Shown: positions 30,298 through 39,232 of the stretch, one piece after another
Layout of the letters: every line of letters starts with the position of its first letter
How positions within the stretch are numbered: the first letter of the stretch is position 1
From: Patescibacteria group bacterium
GTDB taxonomy: Bacteria > Patescibacteriota > Patescibacteriia > Magasanikbacterales > GWA2-37-8
Reading direction: 5' to 3'
Assembly (NCBI GenBank): GCA_041649475.1
Contig: JBAZNA010000001.1
Location: 328,612 to 392,611, forward strand
Length of the DNA: 64,000 nt
Notes under the pieces: generated by a model
Seen by the model: only the letters and a program-made list of their open reading frames with translations
The model's database searches: none
What the model was told of the DNA's origin: nothing
Made by a program: the position numbers and the translations under genes

Positions 30298-31509
30298 ATG
30301 CGCGTTCTCCAAGTCAATAAATTTTTTTACCGAAGAGGCGGAGCGGAAGTGGTTTTTTTTGATACCATAAACGGCTTGCGCGAGCGCGGTCACGAGGTGA
30401 TAGAATTTTCCATGCAGGGCAGCCGTAATTTACCGTCTGATTATTCGGCCTACTTTTCTCCGGAAATTCCGGAGTTTACCTCCAAACAAAGTTTGGGGTC
30501 GGATTGGGTAACCTTTAAAAACATTTTTCATTCAAACGCAGTGGAAAATAAACTGCGGACTTTGATTTCCGCCACCGAACCGGAGGTGGCGCACTTGCAC
30601 AATGTCACCCGGCAATTATCAGCCAGCATATTTTTTACTTTGAAAAAGGCCGGCGTGCCGATTGTGCTCACCGTTCATGATGTCCAGCCCATGTGTCCGA
30701 ACCACCGCATGCTTCGCAATCACACTGTCTGTGAGAAATGTTTTAAACACAAATATTATAATTGCACGCGCTACAATTGTATAAACGGTTCCAAGGCGCA
30801 GAGTTTGGCCGGATCACTTGAGGCCTATTACTATTATTTAAAAGGCATTTGGCATTTTGTGGATGCTTTTGTTTGTCCCAGCCAGTTTATGCTGGATAAA
30901 ATGGTAAAGTGGGGGTTCCCGGCAAAAAAAATGCATCTGGTGCGCAATCCGTATGCCGTGACAGCCAAAGATACAACCTTGGGCGATAAGGTTGTTTATA
31001 TGGGCCGTTTGCATGAGGAAAAGGGAATAAATATTTTTTTGGAGGCCTTAAAAGATTTGAAAAATTATCAAGTTATCATTGCCGGCACCGGTCCGGAAGA
31101 AGAAAATGTGGAAAAATTTATCAGACAAAACGGACTAACCAATGTTTTAAGGGTGGGCTGGGTTGGCGGCGAGAAATGGCAGGCAATAATGAACGAAGCT
31201 AAAGTAATAGCGGTGCCGTCGTTGTTTTATGAAAATTGTTCAATCTCAATTTTGGAAGCTCTGGGCAATGGCAAGCTGGTGGTCGCGTCAGACCGCGGCG
31301 GCAACAATGAACTCATAATAAACAATCAAACCGGTTTTTTGGCCGAGCCGGAAAATCCAAAGTCATTGGCCGAAGCAATCAGGAAGGCCATGCAACTGCG
31401 CGGGCCGGAAGCTGGCAAGCTAATCGCGAATGCCAAAAATTTACTGGAGCAAAATCATGATCCCGCCGGATATTGCCACGCCTTAGAAGAAATTTACGCG
31501 GCTCTATAA
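30298..31509 (+). CDS. glycosyltransferase family 4 (GT-B fold)
   Basis: C-terminal 'E...GNGKLVVASDRGGNNELI' EX7E-type motif. Confidence 0.7.
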   Translation: MRVLQVNKFFYRRGGAEVVFFDTINGLRERGHEVIEFSMQGSRNLPSDYSAYFSPEIPEFTSKQSLGSDWVTFKNIFHSNAVENKLRTLISATEPEVAHLHNVTRQLSASIFFTLKKAGVPIVLTVHDVQPMCPNHRMLRNHTVCEKCFKHKYYNCTRYNCINGSKAQSLAGSLEAYYYYLKGIWHFVDAFVCPSQFMLDKMVKWGFPAKKMHLVRNPYAVTAKDTTLGDKVVYMGRLHEEKGINIFLEALKDLKNYQVIIAGTGPEEENVEKFIRQNGLTNVLRVGWVGGEKWQAIMNEAKVIAVPSLFYENCSISILEALGNGKLVVASDRGGNNELIINNQTGFLAEPENPKSLAEAIRKAMQLRGPEAGKLIANAKNLLEQNHDPAGYCHALEEIYAAL

Positions 31510-31510
31510 T

Positions 31511-32716
31511 TTACGCTACCTTATAACTTTTTTTAACTTCGGTTTTTTTCGGCAACGAGTATAGATCGCCGGTCTTTAGGGCGATATCCTGCCAATTATA
31601 TTTTAAATTGGTGGTTTGTTTGTTTAACAACCCCGTATTTTTTAGCAATTGCTCATCACTCATCAGTTCAACAATTTTATTGGCCAGAGACATAGTGTTG
31701 GCATTGGCAAACCAAAAACGGCCGTCAGTAATAACTTCTTTATGTTCAGGAATATCTGAAACTAAAACCGGCTTGCCATAAGACATGGCTTGTAAAACGG
31801 TTATAGGCATACCTTCATTTTCCGAAGGGTGAATGAATAATTTTGCGTTGGCGTATAATTCGGATAAATTTTGTCCGCTCTGCCAATCAGTGAAAATAAT
31901 GCTATTATCTCCGCGGGCCATGGTGTGTAATTTTTTAACATAATCATCCGTAAAAGAAGCCCCACCCACAATTACCAGTTTGTAATCTTTCAAAATTTCC
32001 GGATTTTGCTGTTTGGCGAACTGCCAGGCGTCAATCAAAAAATGTGCGCCTTTGTGTTTGACCAAACGGGAGACCATCAAAACGTATTTGTTGGTTTCCA
32101 AATTCCATTGATCAATCACGGCCGGTGATTTGGAAACCTGGCCGGTGATGCCGTTGGGAATGTAGGTAGTTATTGTCTGATATTCGTTTAAGCAGTAATT
32201 TTGAATAGTTTTAGAAACCGCAATGGCTTCGTGCGCAAAACGGCAGGCAGACCATTCACCCAGGTGAAGCATCAGGCGCGCGAACAGCCCCCATTTTTGA
32301 TGGTATCTGTCAAGACAATGAATAGTAGCAACCACTTTTATTTTAGGGGCGAAAATTCTTGGTAGCCAGCAAAGCAAAGACGGGCCGACTCCGTGGAAGT
32401 GAATAACATCCGGTTTTTGCCACATAGCATGAATTGCGGATGTGAAAGTATTGGAAATAGCATCAAGATGTTTGGAATGAAATGCCGGGGTGTGGATAAT
32501 TTTAATGCCGTCAAAATTCTTAATATTTGGCGAGGTATACCATTTTCTGGCGTAAACAGACACAGAGTGGCCTTGTTTAACCAATTCTAAAGCCAGCTCC
32601 TCAACATGGCGCTCAATGCCGCCGTATTTGGCCGGAATGCCTTTTTGTCCAATCATGGCTATTTTCATATCGTTTTTAAAACATTCAATCATAGCAGATT
32701 TTGGGATTTTTGTCAA
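31511..32716 (-). CDS. glycosyltransferase family 4
   Basis: 'KIAMIGQKGIPAKYGGIERHVEELA' N-domain and 'EGMPITVLQAMSYGKPVLVSDIPEHKEV' C-domain. Confidence 0.7.
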   Translation of the reverse strand: MTKIPKSAMIECFKNDMKIAMIGQKGIPAKYGGIERHVEELALELVKQGHSVSVYARKWYTSPNIKNFDGIKIIHTPAFHSKHLDAISNTFTSAIHAMWQKPDVIHFHGVGPSLLCWLPRIFAPKIKVVATIHCLDRYHQKWGLFARLMLHLGEWSACRFAHEAIAVSKTIQNYCLNEYQTITTYIPNGITGQVSKSPAVIDQWNLETNKYVLMVSRLVKHKGAHFLIDAWQFAKQQNPEILKDYKLVIVGGASFTDDYVKKLHTMARGDNSIIFTDWQSGQNLSELYANAKLFIHPSENEGMPITVLQAMSYGKPVLVSDIPEHKEVITDGRFWFANANTMSLANKIVELMSDEQLLKNTGLLNKQTTNLKYNWQDIALKTGDLYSLPKKTEVKKSYKVA

Positions 32717-32741
32717 TAGTTGGGCTAATTTGAGCCGGCTC

Positions 32742-32770
32742 TTGACGTACAGTTATAAAATTGTTATAAT
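32742..32770 (+). promoter_or_regulatory. sigma-70 consensus-like promoter driving the GC-rich mini-operon
   Basis: TTGACG, 17 nt spacer, TATAAT. Followed by AGGAGG (32792 to 32797) 8 nt before the ATG. Confidence 0.45.
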
Positions 32771-32805
32771 TTAGCATCGCTATTTACTCACAGGAGGGAA
32801 AAAGG

Positions 32806-33003
32806 ATGAGCCAGAGCAGAGGTGTCCACAGGGGACCGCGCCGGCGCATGATCTACGATTCGCCGCAGTACAGCAATCCCATGACTGCCTTCGGTCAGCC
32901 CGCCACCGCACCCGCGAAGACGGTTGTGGTCAGAAGGGGGCCGTCTCCGCAGGCAGTACTGCGGTACCGGAAGAACCGGCAGTTCCGCCGGCTGCAGGGC
33001 TAG
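32806..33003 (+). CDS. 65 aa Arg-rich small protein in a GC-rich island (hypothetical)
   Basis: Complete ORF with a strong SD. 'RGVHRGPRRRMIYDSPQYSNP...RYRKNRQFRRLQG'. The composition is very different from flanking genes. Confidence 0.35.
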   Translation: MSQSRGVHRGPRRRMIYDSPQYSNPMTAFGQPATAPAKTVVVRRGPSPQAVLRYRKNRQFRRLQG

Positions 33004-33011
33004 GTGTCGCC

Positions 33012-33095
33012 ATGATCACCACTGCTGCGGTTGTTGGAGGCATCGCTAGCGCAGTGGTGATCATTTTCGCCGTGCGCAAGCTCTTCCCATCCTAG
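33012..33095 (+). CDS. 27 aa hydrophobic mini-peptide (MITTAAVVGGIASAVVIIFAVRKLFPS)
   Basis: ATG 9 nt after the previous stop. Single TM-like helix with a basic tail. Directly followed by a strong terminator. Confidence 0.25.
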   Translation: MITTAAVVGGIASAVVIIFAVRKLFPS

Positions 33096-33126
33096 AGGGA
33101 ATCACCAAGAGAAAGAACCCTCTTCC

Positions 33127-33168
33127 GGGTGCCCGACGCGACTCTACGTCGGGCACCCACACTTTTTT
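33127..33168 (+). terminator. strong rho-independent terminator
   Basis: 12 bp GC stem 'gggtgcccgacg'/'cgtcgggcaccc', then 'acac' and TTTTTT. Confidence 0.7.
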
Positions 33169-33234
33169 CTAAACAATTGTGGAGTTATCAATTTAATGGT
33201 AGAATAATAACGCTTTAAGGCGTTTTTTGTTTTA

Positions 33235-34146
33235 TTGTATATGTGGCTTACCGTAGCCCTGCTCGGTTTTACAATCTCGGCAATAGTCGGTATTTTGGAC
33301 AAATTCATTATTTCTAAATCAGAAGTCCGGCCGATTGTTTTTACCTTTTATTCTTCCATTTTTGTTTTGCCAATTTTATTGCTTCTGCCGTTTGGAGTGG
33401 CGTTTCCTTCTCGTGCCATTGATTGGCTGATTTTTGTGGTAGCCGGTTTTGGTTTTGCCCTTGGTTTGTGGGTGATGTATCTTGGTTTTAAAAAAAGCGA
33501 GATTAGCCATATCGGGCCCCTGGTCGGGGCCGCTACCGCCTTTTTTGTTTTGATTTTGAGCAATCTTTTTTTACCTGAAAATTTGGGTGTTTATAAACTC
33601 ATAGCCATTTTTGTTTTAATTATCGGTTCGCTGGTTATTTCTTTTGAATACAGTCCGGAGCATAACGGCCTGCATACAGGTATGCTTCTGGGAATAATTT
33701 CCGGGTTGCTGTTTGCAATTTCGCACGTGGCTTCCAAGTATGCTTATGATGTTTACGGGTTTTACAGCGGCTTTGTCTGGACGCGAAGTTTTTTGGGCGT
33801 GTTCGGAATTTTGTTGTTGGCCTTTCCCGGCGTGCGTGCGCTTTTTTATAAAAAGAAAACCGGAGCGGTCGTTAAGGAGGTTAAACAAACCGTATTGGTA
33901 TGCTGGGATAAAATTTTGGGCGTCTTTGGTTTGGTTTTAATTCAGTACGCGATCGCTTTGGGAAGCGTGACTTTGGTAAACGCCTTGGCCGGCGTACAGT
34001 TTGCCATTTTGATTATTTTTGTTGCCTTGCTGTCAAAATTTTTTCCCAAGATTTTCAAAGAGGAGTATATGGGCAGGGAAATTATTCAGGAATTTTTTGC
34101 CGTTGTTCTCATTGCCGGCGGTTTGGCATTAATGCTCATAAAATAG
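33235..34146 (+). CDS. 10-TM membrane protein, EamA/DMT-superfamily-like transporter
   Basis: Two ~140 aa halves, each with 5 hydrophobic helices. No catalytic motifs. Confidence 0.45.
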   Translation: MYMWLTVALLGFTISAIVGILDKFIISKSEVRPIVFTFYSSIFVLPILLLLPFGVAFPSRAIDWLIFVVAGFGFALGLWVMYLGFKKSEISHIGPLVGAATAFFVLILSNLFLPENLGVYKLIAIFVLIIGSLVISFEYSPEHNGLHTGMLLGIISGLLFAISHVASKYAYDVYGFYSGFVWTRSFLGVFGILLLAFPGVRALFYKKKTGAVVKEVKQTVLVCWDKILGVFGLVLIQYAIALGSVTLVNALAGVQFAILIIFVALLSKFFPKIFKEEYMGREIIQEFFAVVLIAGGLALMLIK

Positions 34147-34153
34147 CAAATAT

Positions 34154-35176
34154 ATGTTGGCAAAACATGCACGGACATTAAAAATAATCATTATTACTTT
34201 ATTAATCATCGGAGTCGGTTTGTTTTTGATTTTTTTATCAGCTTTTTTATCCGATAAAGCGCGCCAGCCGGGCAATGTTATTTATGGCGTGACTTATGAT
34301 CCGGCGTATGCGCAGTATCTGGGGCTGGACGGACGGGCGTCTTTTATAAGAATGCTTGATGATTTTAAATTTAAATATATCCGGCTCACCGCCCATTGGG
34401 ATATGGTGGAGGCGGTTGCCGGAAAAAAAGATTTTACTGAACTTGATTGGATGATGAGCGAGGCGCAAAAAAGAAACGCAAAAATAATTTTGGTGGTTGG
34501 CCAAAAAACACCCCGGTGGCCGGAGTGTCATATTCCGGGCTGGGCGGCTAAACTGCCTCTTGATAAATATAGGAACAAATTGGAAGGTTATATAGACGCC
34601 ACTGTTAATCATTTTAAAAACAGTCCGGCTTTGGAAATTTGGCAGGTTGAAAATGAACCGTTTTTGGCATTTGGCGCAAAATGTCCGAAATTTACGGACA
34701 AAAATTTAGCCGATGAGTTAAAATTGGTAAAGAGTTTAGATCCCAACCATCTAACCATGACCACAGATGCCGGAGAGTTAAGTTTGTGGACTCATACTGC
34801 CGACAAAGCCGATCTTTTCGGGTTTACGGTTTATCGAGTGGTATGGGATGAAAATATTGGCTATTGGACTTATGATTATATTCTGCCGACAGCCGGTTAC
34901 CGTCTGCGACTGGCCGCCAATGACAGAAATATTGATACTGCTTATGCCGTGGAATTGCAGGCCGAACCATGGATACCGTTTGGAACGCTTTCTTCTACTC
35001 CTTTAAAAGAACAATTTAAATCAATGGATTTAAGCCGATTAAAAGACAATATCAATTTCACCGACAAAATTGGTGTGTCCAGAGCATATTTGTGGGGGGC
35101 GGAATGGTGGCTGTGGCTGGAAAAACAGGGTGATAACAGTTTTGTTGAGTATGTGAGAACTTTGCGGAAGGAATAG
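34154..35176 (+). CDS. membrane-anchored glycoside hydrolase (TIM-barrel clan GH-A, GH5-like)
   Basis: N-terminal TM, 'WQVENEPF' (catalytic acid/base NEP box), and a second conserved Glu region 'VELQAEPW'. Confidence 0.45.
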   Translation: MLAKHARTLKIIIITLLIIGVGLFLIFLSAFLSDKARQPGNVIYGVTYDPAYAQYLGLDGRASFIRMLDDFKFKYIRLTAHWDMVEAVAGKKDFTELDWMMSEAQKRNAKIILVVGQKTPRWPECHIPGWAAKLPLDKYRNKLEGYIDATVNHFKNSPALEIWQVENEPFLAFGAKCPKFTDKNLADELKLVKSLDPNHLTMTTDAGELSLWTHTADKADLFGFTVYRVVWDENIGYWTYDYILPTAGYRLRLAANDRNIDTAYAVELQAEPWIPFGTLSSTPLKEQFKSMDLSRLKDNINFTDKIGVSRAYLWGAEWWLWLEKQGDNSFVEYVRTLRKE

Positions 35177-35220
35177 TTGACTTTTCCTGCGTCTTCCGTT
35201 ATACTTTTTTCATTGTTATC

Positions 35221-35294
35221 GCGCGCCTAGCTCAGTTGGTTAGAGCATCTCGTTTACACCGAGAGGGTCAGGGGTTCGAATCCCTTGGCGCGCA
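35221..35294 (+). tRNA. tRNA-Val (anticodon TAC)
   Basis: Acceptor gcgcgcc/ggcgcgc, D arm gctc-agttggtta-gagc, anticodon stem tctcg/cgaga with loop 'ttTACac', T loop ttcgaat. Confidence 0.9.
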
Positions 35295-35309
35295 CAACTT
35301 CAGCTCGTA

Positions 35310-36518
35310 GTGGAATTATGGTATAATATTGCCATGATAACGCCTTCTACAATTACTGATAAAAAAATAGTCCTTCATCAAGGAGTTTATAAACCAATAG
35401 CCACGGTGTCGGAGGCGGTTTTTATGATTACGGGCATGACTATTGGCGCCGGTGTGCTGGGCATGCCTTATGTCATCTCCAAAGTCGGACTGCTGATTGG
35501 TATTTTATATATTATCGTTATTGGCTTGGTAATGTTGGGGTTGAATCTGATGATTGGCGAGGTGGCTCTTAAAACCGATGAACAGTTACAATTGCCGGGT
35601 TTGTCCGGCAGGTATTTAGGTAATTGGGCAAAGTATTTATCTTCATTTTTATTTATTTTCGGTGCCTACGGTAGTTTGTTGGTTTTTATAGTCGGCGAAG
35701 GGGAATCTTTGTCGGCACTGTTTGGTGGCAATCCAATCTGGTGGGGAGTTTTTTTCTGGAGTTTGGGCAGTTTCTTTATTTGGAGAGGTCTGCGCATGAT
35801 TAAAATTTTTGAGAAGATAATTGGTTCAATAGTTATTTTTATTCTGGCGGCGCTTTCTATCTTTTTATTAACAAAAGTACAGGTAACAAATCTATTCTAT
35901 ATTAATACCGCTAATATTTTCTTGCCGCTCGGTGTTATTATGTTTGCCTTAAGTAATAGCGCGGCTGTGGTGGAAGCGCACGCGCTTTTGCCGGGCAGTC
36001 AGCGTCATTTTCGCAAAGCATTAATAATAGGCACTTTAATTCCAATTGTCTTATATATTCTGTTTGCCGTGGCCGTGGTCGGTGTTAGCGGTTTAAATAC
36101 TACTGAAGTGGCCACCATCGGCCTGGGGGAAATTTTTGGCAATGCGGTTTTAGTGGCCGGAAATTTATTGGCGATTTTGGCCATGGGCACCGGTTTTGTG
36201 GGTATTGGCATTGTCTTAAAACAAACTTTTATTTGGGATAATAAGTTGAACAAAGTTTTGGCGGAATTTCTGGTTATTTTTTTACCCCTAGCCGCATATC
36301 TGGCCGGGATAAGAAATTTTGTGGGCATACTCGGTATTATGGGCGGGCTGGGGTTTAGTTCGTATTCAATTATTTTAGTGCTGGCGTGCTGGCGTGCTCA
36401 CAAGGTTGGCGGTTTGGATACCTCAAGATACAACCTGCGTCATTTTTGGCTGTTAACAGTTCCGTTATTTTTGATTTTTACTTTAGTATTTGTTTACAGC
36501 CTGCTGGCGTTGTTCTAA
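35310..36518 (+). CDS. polytopic membrane transporter, amino-acid permease-like (APC/aromatic amino acid permease type)
   Basis: About 11 hydrophobic helices. 'GMTIGAGVLGMPY' resembles the Trp/Tyr permease and amino-acid transporter N-terminus. Confidence 0.4.
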   Translation: MELWYNIAMITPSTITDKKIVLHQGVYKPIATVSEAVFMITGMTIGAGVLGMPYVISKVGLLIGILYIIVIGLVMLGLNLMIGEVALKTDEQLQLPGLSGRYLGNWAKYLSSFLFIFGAYGSLLVFIVGEGESLSALFGGNPIWWGVFFWSLGSFFIWRGLRMIKIFEKIIGSIVIFILAALSIFLLTKVQVTNLFYINTANIFLPLGVIMFALSNSAAVVEAHALLPGSQRHFRKALIIGTLIPIVLYILFAVAVVGVSGLNTTEVATIGLGEIFGNAVLVAGNLLAILAMGTGFVGIGIVLKQTFIWDNKLNKVLAEFLVIFLPLAAYLAGIRNFVGILGIMGGLGFSSYSIILVLACWRAHKVGGLDTSRYNLRHFWLLTVPLFLIFTLVFVYSLLALF

Positions 36519-36536
36519 CAGCTGTAAGAAGAACTT

Positions 36537-38285
36537 CTATTCGGTTACTTGAGAGCCGTAAATATGGCCCCTGTCGTTGGCGTTTAAAATATTTGTTACT
36601 CCGGCTGTGGATAAGTTGAAGGTTTTATTTACAAAATCATCAGTCGCTCCAAACTGCATACTGTTGGTCAGGTTTATATTTTGACCAAGCTGGGCGGCGG
36701 TTGGGGTGACGGCGACTTCAAAATATATTCCAACCTGGCTATTGGCTGGGATAGCATCATTGCTCCAGCTTATTTTTCGGCTGGCAGAATCGTAAATAAT
36801 ATCTGATCCCAAAGTCACGCTTTGTTTGCCGGTGAGCGTAACGCCGTTTGCCAGAGAGGTGATTAGTTTAGCGTTATTTATTTGGTTGCTGGTATTTGAA
36901 ATTTTTATAAAGACCCAGTATTTGGTGGTCTTTTTTACTTGCGGAGGCAGGGACCCTCGTCCGAGCTGGTCTCCTTCCGGGGTGTAATATCTGGCTTCAG
37001 AGGCAAGGCGCACTTCGCTGGCGAGTGGTAATCTGGCTCTTGAGCCCTCTTGGGTGAATTTTTGCGTAGAGATTTTAGCCAGTCCGGCTTCCATTGTTGG
37101 AATGAGTTCTAAATAGATTTTTTCGCCGGTAACGGCAAATGTTGGCAGTAAATATAAATTTATGGTGAAGCTGTCGTTACTGCCCGGGTTGCCATTACTG
37201 AAATTTGTTCTGGTTTTTGTATCTAAAATCAATCCATCTTTTGCGGCTGTAGCGTGGTTTTCTCTGGCGGTTTTGGCCCAGTCCACGACTTTCGTCTGGT
37301 TTGCCGTTAATTTCATTTGTAAATTATCCAGTTTGAAATTACTTTTATTATTCCACCTGATTGCAAGCGGTATCACTTGGCCCGGTTCGGCGTAAGCCGG
37401 TGTGGAAACAAAACTTACGCTTGATTCTATATTTGGCGAGATGTTATTACTCGTTTGTTTTACGATCTTCTGCGCTATTTGGTAATTATTGATTAAAATT
37501 TGCGGTGTAATTTCTAAGGAATAATTTCCGCCTTGATTGGGGGTGGTTAGAGTTCCGCTGATAACCTTGTAACCTCCGGCCGGTAAAGAAAAATTTTGGT
37601 CTTTTGCGGCAATTATATTGGTTAGCCAATTGTTAATTAGAGAAATATTATTTACAGTTTCTGATCCGGTGTTGGTGATAGTGTAGGTAAATTGAGTCGG
37701 CGTGTTTGGAAAAGTGGTGGTGGCCATCTCAAGTTTGCCGGTGATTATGCTTTCCGGCAACCTTGCGGCATAGACAGAGACCTTTTGTTCGGTTCGGTTA
37801 AGTCCGTGCGGTTCATAGGCCAAGTAGGCCGTGATTCTTTCTTCCTGATTAGGTACGCTCCACAGCCAGCCAAAGATTTCTACCTGACCTTTGGCGCCCG
37901 GGTCCAGAGTTGTTATGGCCGTAAAGATTGAAGTTTTTGAAAAGGTTGATTCAGGAGTTTTTGTTCTATCAACTGTGAATCCGTTTGGCAGGCGCAAGCC
38001 AAGAGAAATATTTTCCAGTTTATATTTGCTTTTGTTGGCATAATCCACGGTGAGGTGGACGTATTCGCCGCTTTTTATTCGGTTGTTGCCCAGTGAGATG
38101 CTTAGATCAATTAAATCAGTGATACCCGGTTTCCAGAAAAAGAAAAATATGCCGCCGGCCAGTATGATGATGGCTAAGCCCAGCAAAGCTAAATCAAAAA
38201 CAAAAAGTTTTTTAGCGTGTCTGTATATACCATGGTATTTGGTATGGTATATTTTATGGAAGAAACTATAGATGTGTTTGTGCAT
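36537..38285 (-). CDS. membrane-anchored cell-surface protein with DUF11-like repeats (hypothetical)
   Basis: N-terminal TM 'LALLGLAIIILAGGIFFFFW'. 'TYTITNTGSETVNNISL' is the DUF11 repeat pattern. Asn/Thr-rich. Confidence 0.5.
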   Translation of the reverse strand: MHKHIYSFFHKIYHTKYHGIYRHAKKLFVFDLALLGLAIIILAGGIFFFFWKPGITDLIDLSISLGNNRIKSGEYVHLTVDYANKSKYKLENISLGLRLPNGFTVDRTKTPESTFSKTSIFTAITTLDPGAKGQVEIFGWLWSVPNQEERITAYLAYEPHGLNRTEQKVSVYAARLPESIITGKLEMATTTFPNTPTQFTYTITNTGSETVNNISLINNWLTNIIAAKDQNFSLPAGGYKVISGTLTTPNQGGNYSLEITPQILINNYQIAQKIVKQTSNNISPNIESSVSFVSTPAYAEPGQVIPLAIRWNNKSNFKLDNLQMKLTANQTKVVDWAKTARENHATAAKDGLILDTKTRTNFSNGNPGSNDSFTINLYLLPTFAVTGEKIYLELIPTMEAGLAKISTQKFTQEGSRARLPLASEVRLASEARYYTPEGDQLGRGSLPPQVKKTTKYWVFIKISNTSNQINNAKLITSLANGVTLTGKQSVTLGSDIIYDSASRKISWSNDAIPANSQVGIYFEVAVTPTAAQLGQNINLTNSMQFGATDDFVNKTFNLSTAGVTNILNANDRGHIYGSQVTE

Positions 38286-38300
38286 AATTAAGTATGAATA

Positions 38301-38361
38301 GTATGAGAGATGAAGTTTTGAGCACTAGCGACAGCTTGGCGAAAAACTTCATCTCTCATAC
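38301..38361 (+). repeat. conserved-loop hairpin element, copy 1 (19 bp perfect stem, 23 nt loop GAGCACTAGCGACAGCTTGGCGA)
   Basis: Left stem 'gtatgagagatgaagtttt' pairs with 'aaaacttcatctctcatac'. The loop is shared with four other copies. Confidence 0.7.
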
Positions 38362-38420
38362 TATCGTATTTATAATATGTAGCTATATTATACAACTTCC
38401 TTAGCTATACAGCAAACAGT

Positions 38421-38453
38421 CAAAAGGAACAAAAACGCCGGCTAGGCGGCCGG
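38421..38453 (-). terminator. candidate terminator of the HTH gene (short GC hairpin over the stop codon, T-run on the minus strand)
   Basis: 'ccggc taggcg gccgg'. The minus strand then reads 'cgtttttgttcctttt'. Confidence 0.35.
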
Positions 38454-38804
38454 TGTTTCTGGTTCATTTTCTTTTTTATTTTCTACAGTTTTGGGGTTGG
38501 GGGAGTAAAGGGGATTCTTGATCTTCCATTGACCTACAAATTGCCCAATTCCTTTATTAATCAGCTTGTTTTTAATTGTGGTATGGCGTTGTGACCACTT
38601 AACTAAGCTTTCAAAATTTAGTTTATATCTTCCGGCTACTATAATATAAGTGACTTCTTGAGCTGTAATAGCGCGTCTGATGGTTTGGGCATTTACACCA
38701 AAGAGTTTGGCGGCTTCAGAAATGGAGACCCTGATGATTTCTTTGGGGTTTTCTGTTTTTTTATTGTCTTCATTCATAGTAGAAGTATACAATAGTGTAT
38801 ACAA
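38442..38804 (-). CDS. small helix-turn-helix DNA-binding protein (excisionase/MerR-like HTH). The track start is TTG; an ATG at 38777 gives 111 aa
   Basis: 'ISEAAKLFGVNAQTIRRAI' HTH. Basic, 111 to 120 aa. Confidence 0.5.
   Translation of the reverse strand: MYTLLYTSTMNEDNKKTENPKEIIRVSISEAAKLFGVNAQTIRRAITAQEVTYIIVAGRYKLNFESLVKWSQRHTTIKNKLINKGIGQFVGQWKIKNPLYSPNPKTVENKKENEPETPAA
38785..38804 (+). promoter_or_regulatory. operator-like 20 nt element GTATACAATAGTGTATACAA, copy 1 (two GTATAC palindromes), at the HTH gene start
   Basis: An exact second copy lies at 38975 to 38994. A related 'tgtatacgcttgtctatacaa' is at ~38862. Confidence 0.45.
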
Positions 38805-38899
38805 TCATAGCACAGCTACAGATATTTGTCAATCAAATCATATAGATAGTTGTTGTATTTATTATATTTGTATACGCTTGTCTATACAATTTTACAATA

Positions 38900-38963
38900 A
38901 TACACACGGAAAAGTAGTATTTTTCGCCAAGCTATCGCTAGTGCAAAAAACCTCATGTGTGTA
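38900..38963 (-). repeat. conserved-loop hairpin element, copy 2 (minus orientation, imperfect stem)
   Basis: Contains 'ttttcgccaagctatcgctagtgcaaaaaa', the reverse complement of GCACTAGCGATAGCTTGGCGAAAA. Flanks 'tacacacgg' and 'cctcatgtgtgta' pair with a bulge. Confidence 0.55.
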
Positions 38964-38974
38964 CTATTATGTTT

Positions 38975-38994
38975 GTATACAATAGTGTATACAA
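38975..38994 (+). promoter_or_regulatory. operator-like element GTATACAATAGTGTATACAA, copy 2
   Basis: Identical 20-mer ~190 nt from copy 1. Confidence 0.45.
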
Positions 38995-39013
38995 ATTATT
39001 ACAGATACTGACA

Positions 39014-39109
39014 ACTTACAGACATAAAGAAGATTTTAAGCACTAGCGAAACACCTTTAAATCAAGTATGTGTGGAGCTTGGCGAAAAATCTTCTTTATG
39101 TCTGTAAGT
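39014..39109 (+). repeat. conserved-loop hairpin element, copy 3 (24 bp perfect stem; loop carries a ~25 nt insertion)
   Basis: Stem 'acttacagacataaagaagatttt'/'aaaatcttctttatgtctgtaagt'. Loop 'aaGCACTAGCGAA-acacctttaaatcaagtatgtgtgg-AGCTTGGCGA'. Confidence 0.65.
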
Positions 39110-39136
39110 CTTTGTGTGGGTATTTGTATATTTTAT

Positions 39137-39165
39137 TTGACCAAACCTTGAAATTTTGCTAAAAT
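39137..39165 (+). promoter_or_regulatory. sigma-70-like promoter upstream of the ECF sigma gene
   Basis: TTGACC, 17 nt spacer, TAAAAT. Confidence 0.35.
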
Positions 39166-39200
39166 ATGTAACATTAATTTTGAGCTATAACAAGGTAGGT

Positions 39201-39225
39201 GTAACACTTTTAATTATTTTACGTC
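39201..39225 (+). promoter_or_regulatory. ECF-type promoter (GTAAC-N16-CGTC) abutting the sigma gene start; implies autoregulation and a leaderless transcript
   Basis: 'gtAAC acttttaattatttta CGTcta' is an exact AAC-N16-CGT core. The ATG at 39233 is ~7 nt after CGTC. Confidence 0.45.
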
Positions 39226-39232
39226 TACTATA

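Noticed and set aside
32800-33160. GC-rich island as tmRNA, RNase P RNA or SRP RNA
   Set aside because: No tmRNA tag reading frame or tRNA-like 3' end, no RNase P P4 'AGGAAAGUCCGGGCUC' signature, and only a weak resemblance to the SRP domain IV 'CCGGAAG' motif. Kept as an unexplained island rather than annotated as a known RNA.
38286-39232. Integrated mobile element around the excisionase-like HTH gene
   Set aside because: No integrase, transposase or recombinase ORF and no terminal inverted repeats. The only direct repeats are the 20 nt GTATAC elements, which are better explained as operators. Left as a regulatory region.
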